Counted from the first letter of the stretch, positions 45,547-56,266 are shown. The stretch: 59,095 nt of DNA from an uncultured Candidatus Saccharibacteria bacterium (GCA_964423995.1 CAYRGP010000002.1:1-59095); one strand, 5' to 3'. Made by a program: numbers and translations. The notes: generated from the letters alone by a model not told the origin.

Positions 45547-47561
45547 ATTCTTACGACCTTTCGGTTATTATCACTGCGCACGCCGAGGGCCTTCTTGCAC
45601 ATAAAACTCTGCTCAGTGCACTCCGCGCTCTTGAGGAACTTAAGAACGATTATCAAATTATTGTCAATATTGACCGTGGCGATGAAGCCACGATAGATTA
45701 TTTTAAGCGTTACCGTAACGATTCACGGTTTGTAATTCTCAAGACCGATTTTGGCGATCTCGGACTTTCTCGAAACTACGCGCTTAAAAAATCAAACGGT
45801 AAGTTAGTTGCGTTTCTTGATGCTGATGATATGGTTTCTCGTAATTGGTTCAAAAATGCCATCGAACACATTGAGTCCGCTAACCACCCCGTCGTTGTAC
45901 ACCCAAAAGCAAATTATATTTTTGGCTTTGATACGCCACCCACATTTTGCTATTTCCGTGACTCCAAAGATTTAGCAACTGACATGCTCATTATGCTTGG
46001 TGCTAATCGTTGGATTTCTGCTGCCGTTGCTAAGCGTGAAATTTTTGAAGAAACTCCGTACATGCCAACCAAAAACGGCTTTGGTCATGAAGACTATTTC
46101 TTCAATATGCAAACTCTCGCGAAGGGAGTTAAACACGAAACCGCAAAAAATACCGTCTATTTTTATCGCCGTAAGCCAAACTCGCTAATGGACTCCAGTA
46201 ACACTACTCATGTCACTCAGCCATACACTGATCTCTTTGATTTAAAAAAGCTTCAAGCTCTCCCTCCAGTTACTCTTCAGCGCAGGCTTACCCTGGAAGA
46301 TCAAGCTCCACCAGAGTATGTACAGACCGCTCTTCGCGATATCAACTCAATCGATACCGAAGTTCAACTTACCCCAGAGATTAAAGCTCATGGCCTCCCA
46401 ATTTTTGACCCAGACACAAATAATGCTCGCGTTCCGCAAGCCTTTCAGAGCATCATTAAAAACGTTGACCGTCTTCCAGATTATGTTTTTCTCGTTCCAT
46501 GGATTGTTCCTGGTGGCGCCGATAAAGTATTAATAAATTACATCGAAGCCCTAAAACAGCTTCACCCATCGTGGCGCATTGCTGTTATTTCGACTCTCCC
46601 TTCTGAGAATTCTTGGGCTAGTAAACTCCCAGACAATGCGTATCATCTTGATTTTGGTAATAACATAGATAAGCTCAACGATTCCGAAAAAGAGATTGTC
46701 TTTACGCGTCTCTTAATCCAGCTAAAATGTAGCCGTCTTCATTTGATTAATTCCGAGTTCGCCTACCGCTGGGTTGTCTCTCACCAAGAGCTTATTAAGC
46801 ACAATTTTCGTCTTGATGTGTCGGTTTTTTCATACGTCAAAACCGAACACGGTTTTGAATACAGCTATGTTGATCCTTGCCTCCGCGAAATTTACCCAGT
46901 CGTCCATCGTATTTTTACTGATAACCAAACCGTTATCGACCAAGCTGTCGCGCGTAATGGTTTTGATCCAGATCGTTTCAAAATTCATTATCAGCCTGCC
47001 TGCTTCTCCTCGCAACTCGAGTACCCACCAGAAGACCAAAAGCCACACAGCCCTTTCCGTATTCTTTGGGCTAGTCGTGTCGACTCTTCTAAATGCCCAG
47101 AGCTTCTTATCCAAATCGCCAAACGTCTTGATCCGAAAAACTTCCAGATTGACGTTTACGGCCGTCTCGATCCGGCTTATGACGCAAATATCTTTAAGAG
47201 TATACCTGCCCTTACCTATCATGGCGATTACGCTGGCTTCGCTAGCTTACCAACGAACGATTTTGACCTTTTCCTTTATACTTCACGTGCCGACGGCCTC
47301 CCAAACGTTTTGCTAGAGGCTACTGCAGCTGGGTTACCTATTGTCGCTAGTGATGTTGGCGGCATTAGCGATTTTGTCATCGATCAAGAAACCGGCTTTT
47401 TAGTAAAAACTCCTGAAGGTGCCGAAAAATATATCGAAAAAATTGAGTTTGTCGCTGCGCACTCGTCTAATTTCCGTAAAATCATTAAAAACGCACAAAA
47501 ATTATTAGTATCTCGTCACGGCGCAGACGCTTTCATAGAGAATATTCGGCCAGATTTCTAA
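45525..47561 (+). CDS. Bifunctional glycosyltransferase (GT2 plus GT4-like)
   Basis: GDLGLSRN..FLDADD; C-terminal DGLPNVLLEATAAGLPIVASDVGG. Confidence 0.88.
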   Translation: METHKTVDSYDLSVIITAHAEGLLAHKTLLSALRALEELKNDYQIIVNIDRGDEATIDYFKRYRNDSRFVILKTDFGDLGLSRNYALKKSNGKLVAFLDADDMVSRNWFKNAIEHIESANHPVVVHPKANYIFGFDTPPTFCYFRDSKDLATDMLIMLGANRWISAAVAKREIFEETPYMPTKNGFGHEDYFFNMQTLAKGVKHETAKNTVYFYRRKPNSLMDSSNTTHVTQPYTDLFDLKKLQALPPVTLQRRLTLEDQAPPEYVQTALRDINSIDTEVQLTPEIKAHGLPIFDPDTNNARVPQAFQSIIKNVDRLPDYVFLVPWIVPGGADKVLINYIEALKQLHPSWRIAVISTLPSENSWASKLPDNAYHLDFGNNIDKLNDSEKEIVFTRLLIQLKCSRLHLINSEFAYRWVVSHQELIKHNFRLDVSVFSYVKTEHGFEYSYVDPCLREIYPVVHRIFTDNQTVIDQAVARNGFDPDRFKIHYQPACFSSQLEYPPEDQKPHSPFRILWASRVDSSKCPELLIQIAKRLDPKNFQIDVYGRLDPAYDANIFKSIPALTYHGDYAGFASLPTNDFDLFLYTSRADGLPNVLLEATAAGLPIVASDVGGISDFVIDQETGFLVKTPEGAEKYIEKIEFVAAHSSNFRKIIKNAQKLLVSRHGADAFIENIRPDF

Positions 47562-47583
47562 AAAGTATGCTATACTATACAAT

Positions 47584-49443
47584 ATGAAGATTCTAATATC
47601 CTGTCACAAACCATCTGTTTTTATATCAAACAGAATTCTTCAACCCATCGAACTTGGATGTGCCAAAGATGGACATAAAATTGATGGTATTCTTTATGAT
47701 GACGACGGAGATAATATTTCCGAGCTTAATCCTCAATATTGTGAACTTACCGCACAATATTGGGCCTGGAAAAATCTCGACGAAGATTACTATGGCTTTT
47801 GCCACTACCGTCGCTACTTTAACTTTTCTGATGAAGTTTTTCCGGAAGACGAGTATGGCAATATTCGCGAAATCTATCCAGGCAGCTACGCAATAAAAAA
47901 ATACGGCCTCGATGAAGAAACAATCGAAAATCTAGTCAAAAAATACGATGTCGTTATTACAGAAGAGAAAGATGTTTCCGACCTCCCAGATCATGCAACG
48001 TCAATTATTGATCAATACGATAAGGCTGCTCTGCTCCACGTTGAAGACATAGAAACTATGATTTCTGTGATCCATGATTTAACACCAGAGTATGATCAAG
48101 CAGCCAAAGAATTTCTTAACGGCACCAAAACCTCTTTCTGCAACATGTACATCCTTAAGAAAGAGATTTTTAAGCGTTATGCCGAATGGATGTTCAAAAT
48201 TCTAGAAGAGTTCTGTAATCGTACGGATATGAGTCTTTATAGTGAAGAGGCTCTCCGTACGCCCGGCCACCTTTCAGAACGACTCTTCGGTGTTTTTCTG
48301 AATAAACTTCGTAAGGAAAACCCTGATCTAAAGGTCAAAGAATTACAGTGTGTTTATTTTGAAAAAACAAATCCCCAGCCTTTGCTAGAGCCAGCTTTTG
48401 AGAAAAATAACATTCCCATAGTCTTTGCCTCTAATAATGGCTTTGTCCCAATTTTTGCAACTTGCCTACAGTCGCTTCTAAACCATATTAGCTCAAAGTA
48501 CAACTATGATATTGTCTTGATTCATTCTGACATTTCTGGCGAAAATTTTGCCGCGCTTGAAGATATGGTCAAGGATTACAAGAACGTCTCGCTTCGACCT
48601 TTTGATGCCTCAAGCTTTCTTGCGGGGTACGAGCTTAAAGCCAATGCCCACATTAGCGTCGAGACTTACTATCGCTTCCTGATTCAATCCGCGATGCCAA
48701 ATTACCACAAAGTCCTTTATATCGATTGCGATACCATTATCAATGCTGATGTTGCCGATCTTTACCGCATTGATATTAGCGACTATATGCTTGCCGCTAC
48801 GCGTGACCCAGATTTTCTTGGACAAATTAACGGTGCTAATCGTGACACCATGGAATACGTTAAGACAGAATTTAAAATGAAGAATCCGTATGACTATTTC
48901 CAGGCTGGCGTGCTCCTTTTCAACGAGGATAAAATGCGCGAAGCACATTCCTTGGACGAATGGTTGACCTTTGCCTCAACGCCTTATCGTTACAACGATC
49001 AGGACGTCTTGAATTTATATTGCGAAGGCGAAGTCAAATATCTCGATATGGCCTGGAACATGATAGTCGACCATAACCATGAGCGTTTTTCCCAGGTTAT
49101 CGTTCATGCTCCGAAGGCTATCATTGATGAGTACCGTGCGGCTCACGCCGCCCCAAAAATTATCCACTATGCTGGATTTATCAAACCTTGGTATCGTCCT
49201 ACTGAAGATTATGCCCATATCTTTTGGGAGACCGCCCGTCAAACCCCATTTTATGAGGAAGTTCTCCAGCGCATGTACCAATTCTCGCTCGATCAACTTC
49301 CCCCATCTATCGGCATTAAAGGGCGACTAAAAAATATGTTCCATCGCTACAAAATGAGCGTTTTCTACTTTTTCTTCCCATATAACTCAAAGCGTTGGCG
49401 TGCACTTCGTAAACTTCGCGGTAAAGGTTATACCGAATTATAA
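47584..49443 (+). CDS. WbbM-like bifunctional galactosyltransferase (DUF4422/GT111 plus GT8)
   Basis: DNISELNPQYCELTAQYWAWKN..GFCHYRRYF..SERLF; YYRF..YIDCD..YFQAGVL..DQDVLN..IIHYAG.KPW. Confidence 0.85.
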   Translation: MKILISCHKPSVFISNRILQPIELGCAKDGHKIDGILYDDDGDNISELNPQYCELTAQYWAWKNLDEDYYGFCHYRRYFNFSDEVFPEDEYGNIREIYPGSYAIKKYGLDEETIENLVKKYDVVITEEKDVSDLPDHATSIIDQYDKAALLHVEDIETMISVIHDLTPEYDQAAKEFLNGTKTSFCNMYILKKEIFKRYAEWMFKILEEFCNRTDMSLYSEEALRTPGHLSERLFGVFLNKLRKENPDLKVKELQCVYFEKTNPQPLLEPAFEKNNIPIVFASNNGFVPIFATCLQSLLNHISSKYNYDIVLIHSDISGENFAALEDMVKDYKNVSLRPFDASSFLAGYELKANAHISVETYYRFLIQSAMPNYHKVLYIDCDTIINADVADLYRIDISDYMLAATRDPDFLGQINGANRDTMEYVKTEFKMKNPYDYFQAGVLLFNEDKMREAHSLDEWLTFASTPYRYNDQDVLNLYCEGEVKYLDMAWNMIVDHNHERFSQVIVHAPKAIIDEYRAAHAAPKIIHYAGFIKPWYRPTEDYAHIFWETARQTPFYEEVLQRMYQFSLDQLPPSIGIKGRLKNMFHRYKMSVFYFFFPYNSKRWRALRKLRGKGYTEL

Positions 49444-51506
49444 TGGCTAGTGTGGTTTCTCAAAAAAACACGAAAAATTCGCTAAAGCTCTCCATTCTCA
49501 TCCCAGTCTTTAACGCGGAAGCTTTTTTGCACGAGTGTCTAGATTCCGTGGCGAGCCAAACACTCTCTGATTTTGAAGCTATTTTAATTAACGACGGCTC
49601 GACCGATTCTTCTCTAAAAATCCTACAGGATTATGCCCAAAAAGACGCGCGCTTTAAAATTCTTGATAAGTCTAACTCCGGTTATGGTGATTCTCTTAAC
49701 CAAGCTCTGAAGATAGCACGTGGAGAATATATTGGTATTGTTGAGCCAGATGATTTTATCGAGCCAAATATGTACGAGGTTTTATATCGTGCAGCCATTA
49801 AAAATGACGCCGATCTTGCAAAGGCCAGTTTTTACCATTTCTATGGTAAGTCCAATAAAAATTTTCCCGAAAAAATGTTTTTCCATGGCGAAGATGGACA
49901 GACGGTTAGTCCTAAAAAAGCTCGCTCCGTTTTCTTGACTCCGCCTTCAATCTGGTCAGCAATTTATCGCCGTAAAATGCTAGAAGAGAATCAGATAGAG
50001 TTTCTCCCTTCCGCCGGCGCTTCTTACCAAGATGTCGGCTTTGCCTTTAAGACTTTCGCTCTTTCTCGAAAAGTCTATTGCACCAATCTCCCACTTTATC
50101 ATTATCGTCGCGATAATTCCGCATCTTCCGTCAAGAGTGCAGCCAAAATTTTTGCCGTCAAGACCGAATTTGACGCCATAGACGGCTTTTTGTCGGAGCA
50201 CAATCTACATAAAACTTTCTTTAAAACTGCCGCCATTTGTCGTTTCCGCTCATATCTTTGGAATTACAATCGCCTAAAGTTAAAAACCGCCCTATCTTTT
50301 GCACGTACTGCTAGCCAGGACTATAAAAAAATATCTGCCGAAGGGTTTAAGTTGTCTAACTTTAATGGGCTAGATCGGGCTTTTGAGACTAAACTTTCCA
50401 CTAAGTACCCTCGGTGCTATCTATTTTTGCGCCCGCTGTTTTGTCTTAAAAATTGGTCTCTGACTAGTGCGGCCCACCTGTATCGTCGCATTCGTCCACG
50501 TCGAGTGGCGTCGCAGCCAGATATCTCGGATGACCCATTAGTTACGATTGCCGTTGCTGTTTATAATATCGAAAAATATTTGCCAGCCTGCCTTGATTCA
50601 ATCCTCGCTCAGACTTATTCGAATCTTGAAATCATCGTCGTCGACGATGGCTCAGAAGATGATTCAGCTAAAATTTGTGATGACTATAAGGCGCGTGATG
50701 ATAGGATTAAAGTTATTCATCAAAAAAATGCCGGTCTTTCCGCTGCTCGCAATATCGGTTTGGAACAAGCATCAAGCGAGTTTATTGCTTTTATTGACGG
50801 CGACGATTGTCTTGCGCCGACCTTTATTTCAGAATTATTAGCGGCCTCATCATCAAATGTCGATATTGCCGTCTGTGGTTACAATGAAATACCTCCACTC
50901 TCCAAGACTAGAACTCTCCCTCCGGCAGGCCTACTTTCTGGGCTTGACGCCGCCAAACGTTTATTGGTTGCTCAGGAAGGTTATGATATAGTGACATGGA
51001 ATAAACTTTACCGTACCAAATTATTCCGCGATTACCATATCCAATATCCACTAGGAGTGATTCATGAGGATGCCCTTACGACTTATAAACTTTATGCCCA
51101 TGCTCGCCAAGTTGCCTCTATTGCGCGTCCGCTATATTCTTATTGTCGTCGTGGTAGTAGCATTATGGGCGGTAGTTCGGTTCGCCAAATTCTTGTTACT
51201 CGCGAGAATGCTGCCCGCGAGGCAATTTCATACTTCTCGTCAAATTCTCAAAATCTACCATCGAAAAAAGAGTTTCTCGCCGCCGCGGAAGTCTCTCTTC
51301 TCCTCGCGAAGTTTGCTTTTCTTGATGCCGGACTAAGTGGGGACATTCCAGAAGAAGACTCAGTAGCAGCCTTAGCTTGGATACGCGCCCATGCTCACTC
51401 TTTTAGTAATAACGTAGCCATGACTAAAAAGCTTAAAACGTACCTACGTTTAATTAAAACTCCCAACGCCTCTGCTTACAAAGTTTTTCGTCGGTTAAAA
51501 CACTAG
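49443..51506 (+). CDS. Tandem GT2-GT2 glycosyltransferase
   Basis: Two GT-A domains: INDGSTD..NSGYG..VEPDD and VDDGSED..NAGLSAARN..IDGDD. Confidence 0.9.
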   Translation: MASVVSQKNTKNSLKLSILIPVFNAEAFLHECLDSVASQTLSDFEAILINDGSTDSSLKILQDYAQKDARFKILDKSNSGYGDSLNQALKIARGEYIGIVEPDDFIEPNMYEVLYRAAIKNDADLAKASFYHFYGKSNKNFPEKMFFHGEDGQTVSPKKARSVFLTPPSIWSAIYRRKMLEENQIEFLPSAGASYQDVGFAFKTFALSRKVYCTNLPLYHYRRDNSASSVKSAAKIFAVKTEFDAIDGFLSEHNLHKTFFKTAAICRFRSYLWNYNRLKLKTALSFARTASQDYKKISAEGFKLSNFNGLDRAFETKLSTKYPRCYLFLRPLFCLKNWSLTSAAHLYRRIRPRRVASQPDISDDPLVTIAVAVYNIEKYLPACLDSILAQTYSNLEIIVVDDGSEDDSAKICDDYKARDDRIKVIHQKNAGLSAARNIGLEQASSEFIAFIDGDDCLAPTFISELLAASSSNVDIAVCGYNEIPPLSKTRTLPPAGLLSGLDAAKRLLVAQEGYDIVTWNKLYRTKLFRDYHIQYPLGVIHEDALTTYKLYAHARQVASIARPLYSYCRRGSSIMGGSSVRQILVTRENAAREAISYFSSNSQNLPSKKEFLAAAEVSLLLAKFAFLDAGLSGDIPEEDSVAALAWIRAHAHSFSNNVAMTKKLKTYLRLIKTPNASAYKVFRRLKH

Positions 51507-51538
51507 ATAATATCTGTTTCACTTGTTATAATAGAACT

Positions 51539-52672
51539 ATGATTAGTCAAAAATTTATAGTTGTCGGTGCTGGTCTCTTTGGTGCGACAGTCGCCGAAAA
51601 GCTATCTTCAAAGCACCAAGTTCTTGTCGTCGAAAAACGTGACCACATCGCTGGTAATGTCTACTCTCATTTTGACCCTGAGACTGGCATCGAGGTTCAC
51701 GATTTTGGTTCGCACATTTTCCATACGGAGTTTGACGAGGTTTATGACTACTTAAGTAAATTCACCGAGTTTAATGACTACATCCATACCGTGAACACTC
51801 GCCATGATGGCATGTTATACCCGATGCCGATTAATCTCGACACTATCAATTTGCTATATGGGACCAATTTTTCCGCTGAGGAGGCTGAGCAATTCGTGAA
51901 GGAAGAAGCCGCAAAAACCGGTATTAAAGAGCCGAAAAATTTCGAAGAAAAGGGCCTGTCGCTAGTTGGCGAAAAGCTCTACACTGCCTTCTTGAAAAAT
52001 TATACAAGAAAACAGTGGAATACCGATCCGAAGAATCTTAGCGCCGATATTTTAAGCCGTATCCCGGTTCGCTATTCTCATAATAACCGTTACTTTATCA
52101 CCGCCAAACATCAGGGAATCCCGAAAGACGGCTACACTAAAATGGTTGAAAATATGCTAAGTAATGAGAATATTGAGTTGCGCCTAAACACGAGCTTCCA
52201 AGACATTGAGTCTGAGATCAGTGATGACGCTACGATTATTTATACTGGCCCTGTTGACGAGCTTTTAAACTATAAATTCGGCGTACTGCCCTATCGTTCT
52301 CTCCGCTTCGAAGAAAAGCGTGTCGAAAATTCGGAGCAAAAAGAAGCCGTTATCAACGAGGCCGATCTGGATGTCCCGTATACCCGTACACATAATTATA
52401 AATATTATCAGACCCATCATCCCGAAATTATTGACCAGCCGATTTCGATTATCTGCCATGAATATCCTGCTGATTTTAAGCAGGGTAGCGAGGCTTACTA
52501 TCCGGTCAATAACGCGGAATCCGAGGCTCTCTACCAAAAGTACTTAGCAGAGATCAAGACCGCTTACCCGAATCTCATTCTCGGCGGCCGCCTCGGCGCC
52601 TATCGCTATTGGGACATGGACGTCTGCGTTAAAAATGCTCTTGAGCTCTTTGAATCTAAATTACAAGGTTAG
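51539..52672 (+). CDS. glf: UDP-galactopyranose mutase
   Basis: VGAGLFG, HIAGN, GSHIFHT, YYPVN, GGRLGAYRYWDMD. Confidence 0.95.
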   Translation: MISQKFIVVGAGLFGATVAEKLSSKHQVLVVEKRDHIAGNVYSHFDPETGIEVHDFGSHIFHTEFDEVYDYLSKFTEFNDYIHTVNTRHDGMLYPMPINLDTINLLYGTNFSAEEAEQFVKEEAAKTGIKEPKNFEEKGLSLVGEKLYTAFLKNYTRKQWNTDPKNLSADILSRIPVRYSHNNRYFITAKHQGIPKDGYTKMVENMLSNENIELRLNTSFQDIESEISDDATIIYTGPVDELLNYKFGVLPYRSLRFEEKRVENSEQKEAVINEADLDVPYTRTHNYKYYQTHHPEIIDQPISIICHEYPADFKQGSEAYYPVNNAESEALYQKYLAEIKTAYPNLILGGRLGAYRYWDMDVCVKNALELFESKLQG

Positions 52673-52744
52673 CACCTATCTCAAAATTCCATATTTTATA
52701 AAACTCATGCTATAATATATAATATAAATTTAGAAAGGTCATCT

Positions 52745-53740
52745 ATGAATAATAAGGAAATTAAATCTCCCAACGAAGTTGTAGTTGAATCTAGCACAGG
52801 GGTTCAGCCTACTGAGTCAAAACCAAAAAAGCGTATCGGTCTTGTTATTATGCTCGTTATTCTTGGTCTTCTACTCGTCGGTGGCGCTCTCGCCCTCGGT
52901 TATCTCTGGGGGAATAAAAATAACCAGCCACAAAATAACGCTTTTAATTCATCAACTAGCGAAGGGCGAGAGAATCCCTCAATTGAGCCGGAAGTTAAAA
53001 ACTATACCGAAAGACTGGTTGATGAAGAGGAACTAGTTAATGAAGAGGATGAGGTGAAAAACATCGTATCTAAAATCTATGACGCAGTAAAGGAAGCTGT
53101 AGCCCCTAGTACCCTAGTTTATAAAGTTTACGATGGAAACCCGGTGCTGTACAAAGATGCCAATATGAAGGTTGCTACAAGTCTAGATAAATCATATGGA
53201 GTCGCATTCCCTAGTCTATCAGATACTAGCATTAAATTGGGGGATATTGTCAAAGCTACTATTGAAGGTCTAGGGTTTGTTCATTATAGCGATGTAGCTT
53301 CACCTACTAACGATGGGAATTATATTAATAATGAAAAACAAATAATTTGTAACGGTATATTAAATACAACTCCATTTGAAGTCGATTGCGGTAAGACAAG
53401 TTGGATTTCCGCCGATAAAAAGGCTTTTATAGATAATCTTGCAGAAGCTACCGGTGATTTAAATGCAAAAATTATTATTGCAGATAAAACTAATGTAGTT
53501 GATAGCTCAGTATCTCCATATCAAACACTTACTGCCGATGTTTCCAATGCCACAGGTCTGTTCTATCGCAATAACCCAAATTCAGAGTGGAAATTCTTTA
53601 CTATTACCCAAATGATTATCCCATGCAAGAGCTATTTGGAGCACCCAGATTCCGAAAATATCGTGAAGGCTTTTGCTGATAGCACTTGTTACGATGCACA
53701 AACTCGTGTAGAAACAAAAGTTGGCGATTACATAAAATAA
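52745..53740 (+). CDS. Hypothetical single-TM extracellular protein
   Basis: 331 aa; TM helix, Cys pairs, AT-rich, own TGCTATAAT promoter. Confidence 0.75.
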   Translation: MNNKEIKSPNEVVVESSTGVQPTESKPKKRIGLVIMLVILGLLLVGGALALGYLWGNKNNQPQNNAFNSSTSEGRENPSIEPEVKNYTERLVDEEELVNEEDEVKNIVSKIYDAVKEAVAPSTLVYKVYDGNPVLYKDANMKVATSLDKSYGVAFPSLSDTSIKLGDIVKATIEGLGFVHYSDVASPTNDGNYINNEKQIICNGILNTTPFEVDCGKTSWISADKKAFIDNLAEATGDLNAKIIIADKTNVVDSSVSPYQTLTADVSNATGLFYRNNPNSEWKFFTITQMIIPCKSYLEHPDSENIVKAFADSTCYDAQTRVETKVGDYIK

Positions 53741-53811
53741 CAAACGTCTTCAGTTGCAGTTAAACCAATACAATAGTATAATATAACCATAACTAAAAAG
53801 GTTTATTATTT

Positions 53812-54468
53812 ATGGAACAGACATCAGGAATTAGTCTCGTACCGCCCGAGAGTAGGAAACTAAACAAAGCCACCATCTTCATGGCTTGCGTCACTGTGCT
53901 GGCCATCGCCGCCGCCGCCACTTTCGGCATCCTCTGGGCGACCAAAGAAACACCGCCCCCGAGTCCTAGCCAACCAGCTCCTGAAGATTGTAATAGTAAA
54001 GATGCGAAAGATTGCACGAACGCTACCACAGCTAGTGTAGATTATATCTACATCGGTCAATGGGGAATTAAAATCAAAATTCCGGAAAACTTGAAAAATC
54101 TTAAATACACCTTCGAGGATGCACGCGTGCATGAAAGCAGCCATTCTGGAGTTGGGGCAGGAGCCGTTAGCACCATAGAAACTTATGCCCATATCATAGT
54201 GAATGGCTCCGACGGCACTGGAGATGACACTATCCCCGCATTTATTTCTGATAGCCAGCTTGGCATTGTCAGCCGCATCGCCGTAGGAGAATATAAGTGT
54301 GAACAATCTTGCCCGACTTACGTTACCGCTATTGATGGTTATGAATACTATTATACCCATCCGCAAGATGTTGTCAGCAAAGACAGTGCCGAAACAGATT
54401 GGGAGATGTCTTCTATCCAGCTAATCCAAGATATGCTCACGAACGCTAATAATTATTCAAATTTCTAG
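53812..54468 (+). CDS. Hypothetical single-TM extracellular protein
   Basis: 218 aa; TM, Pro linker, YIYIGQWGIKIKIPE. Confidence 0.75.
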   Translation: MEQTSGISLVPPESRKLNKATIFMACVTVLAIAAAATFGILWATKETPPPSPSQPAPEDCNSKDAKDCTNATTASVDYIYIGQWGIKIKIPENLKNLKYTFEDARVHESSHSGVGAGAVSTIETYAHIIVNGSDGTGDDTIPAFISDSQLGIVSRIAVGEYKCEQSCPTYVTAIDGYEYYYTHPQDVVSKDSAETDWEMSSIQLIQDMLTNANNYSNF

Positions 54469-54472
54469 TCCT

Positions 54473-55399
54473 ATGAATCAGCCCTTACTCTCCGTCATCA
54501 TCCCAGTTTACAATACCGGCGAGGCCTTCCTGAATCTCTATAAATCTATCAATAATGACCAATATAAAAATTTAGAAATTATTGTTGTAGACGATGGTTC
54601 CACTGATGATTCGCTGAAAATTCTTCGTGCCGTAGCCGCCAAAGACAAACGTCTCAGGATTCTTTCTCAAAAAAACCAGGGCGCCTCTAGCGCTAGAAAC
54701 CTCGCATTAAAAAATGCCACCGGCAAATATGTATTTTTCATTGATTCGGATGATGACATCCTTCCGGCCCACTTTACCGAGCTAACCGCGAAATTTGAAA
54801 AAGAAGATGCCGGCTTAGTTTCTTGTGGCTACCGCTACCATCGGGTCTATAATGATAAATCGCACGATACTTATGTTAATGCGCCCGTCAAACGCAAGCC
54901 TTCTGACACCGATCTTTCTTTCATCCTTCGCCAAGATGTAAAAGATGGTCGTCTCTATGCCTCCACCAACAAAGCTTTCCGCCTCAGTGTGATACGGGCC
55001 GGTAATATCACATTTGATACCCATAAAAAGTTTGCCGAGGATACCAAATTTGTATTAGATTATCTCTCGGTCCTCATCAAAACTCACACTCTTAAAATTT
55101 CTTATGTACTAAAAGCCACTTATCTCTATCATTACGGCACCGAGACTAGCACCGTTAGAGAATCTTCTCTCATCTGGGGGAATTGGCTTGCGTCTTTTCA
55201 GGATTTTAAAGCTTTTGCTAAGCAGAACGGTCCCTATCAATTCCGCGAAAAACGGCTCCTGTTCCTCCTGAAGTGTCGTTTCCATATCTCTCACGCTTTC
55301 GCAGTTGCTCGTAGCAACCAAAAATTCTCCCAGAAATTGCACTATGCTAACATTTTCAAGCTCCTCCCAGCTGAAATTATCGTGAAATTCCGCAAATAG
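54473..55399 (+). CDS. GT2 glycosyltransferase
   Basis: SVIIPVYN, VDDGSTD, NQGASSARN, FIDSDD, FAEDT. Confidence 0.92.
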   Translation: MNQPLLSVIIPVYNTGEAFLNLYKSINNDQYKNLEIIVVDDGSTDDSLKILRAVAAKDKRLRILSQKNQGASSARNLALKNATGKYVFFIDSDDDILPAHFTELTAKFEKEDAGLVSCGYRYHRVYNDKSHDTYVNAPVKRKPSDTDLSFILRQDVKDGRLYASTNKAFRLSVIRAGNITFDTHKKFAEDTKFVLDYLSVLIKTHTLKISYVLKATYLYHYGTETSTVRESSLIWGNWLASFQDFKAFAKQNGPYQFREKRLLFLLKCRFHISHAFAVARSNQKFSQKLHYANIFKLLPAEIIVKFRK

Positions 55400-55448
55400 C
55401 CATAGCTATTCCAACAGAGGTAGCCTTTACCAATTTTGTCTTTTTATG

Positions 55449-55479
55449 TGAGTTATGAAGTAGTTTGCTTCATAACTCA
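55449..55479. repeat. Perfect 12-7-12 inverted repeat (terminator, operator or recombination site)
   Basis: tgagttatgaag-tagtttg-cttcataactca. Confidence 0.7.
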
Positions 55480-55573
55480 TTATTTTGTAAAGTGTACAAC
55501 GTTTTATCGTATTATGATGGATTTAGGCGTTTTTGGATGGACAACTAAATGCGCTGGAGGAAAAAGGAAAATC

Positions 55574-56236
55574 ATGTTAAAACAAGTAGTAGTTTTTGGA
55601 AGCAAAATAGGAGAAAAAATTATCGGCGATATGATCGAAGATAATTTACCTGTAGACGTCATCCGGGTCACCAGCAATAGTGAAGATGACTATATCGGTT
55701 CTACGGAGTCTGAGATTCGCGATTTGGCCGAGACTAAGCTCGAGCCTTATCTTGAGAAAGTCGATGTGATCGTTTTTTGCGAGCCAGAGATTATGTTATC
55801 GGCAGGTGCATATCTAAAAAGACAATATCCAGCCCAAAAATTTGTGGGTTACGGGCGTAATTTAACGCGTCTTCTTAATAAGGCTAAAACTGCGAGAGTG
55901 CTCCTTTCTCATATTACTAAACGCAACACGCATTACCAAGAAATGAAATTTGCCTGCCCAGAAGTTAGCGTATCCGAAAGTATTTTAGAGCCTTTCAACT
56001 TGTCTTTGCCTAAATCCGATATGGCGCGCCAGTTCATTCAGCGCATCTTGGATGGTGTTAACTGTGGGCTTGTCATTATCTACACCCCAGATTTAATTTA
56101 TCTAGAGGACCAGATTAAAGACTTTTTAAAATGGCGAGCTAATGTAGTGGATATGAGAGATTCTTTATTTAGAGAGACTTGCTCCGCTCTTGAGTTCCGA
56201 GGTGTCGATGGCCGCCCAGCTAGAGACGTAATTTAG
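55574..56236 (+). CDS. Divergent glutamate-racemase-fold protein lacking catalytic motifs
   Basis: VVVFGSKIG..YIGSTESEIRDL..VDVIVFCEP..YLKRQYPAQKFVG is collinear with the MurI N-domain, but DSG, CNT and GCTH are absent; ATG 55574 after AAGGA. Confidence 0.55.
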   Translation: MLKQVVVFGSKIGEKIIGDMIEDNLPVDVIRVTSNSEDDYIGSTESEIRDLAETKLEPYLEKVDVIVFCEPEIMLSAGAYLKRQYPAQKFVGYGRNLTRLLNKAKTARVLLSHITKRNTHYQEMKFACPEVSVSESILEPFNLSLPKSDMARQFIQRILDGVNCGLVIIYTPDLIYLEDQIKDFLKWRANVVDMRDSLFRETCSALEFRGVDGRPARDVI

Positions 56237-56266
56237 GTGTGTACAGTATGATATAATATAGTTATT

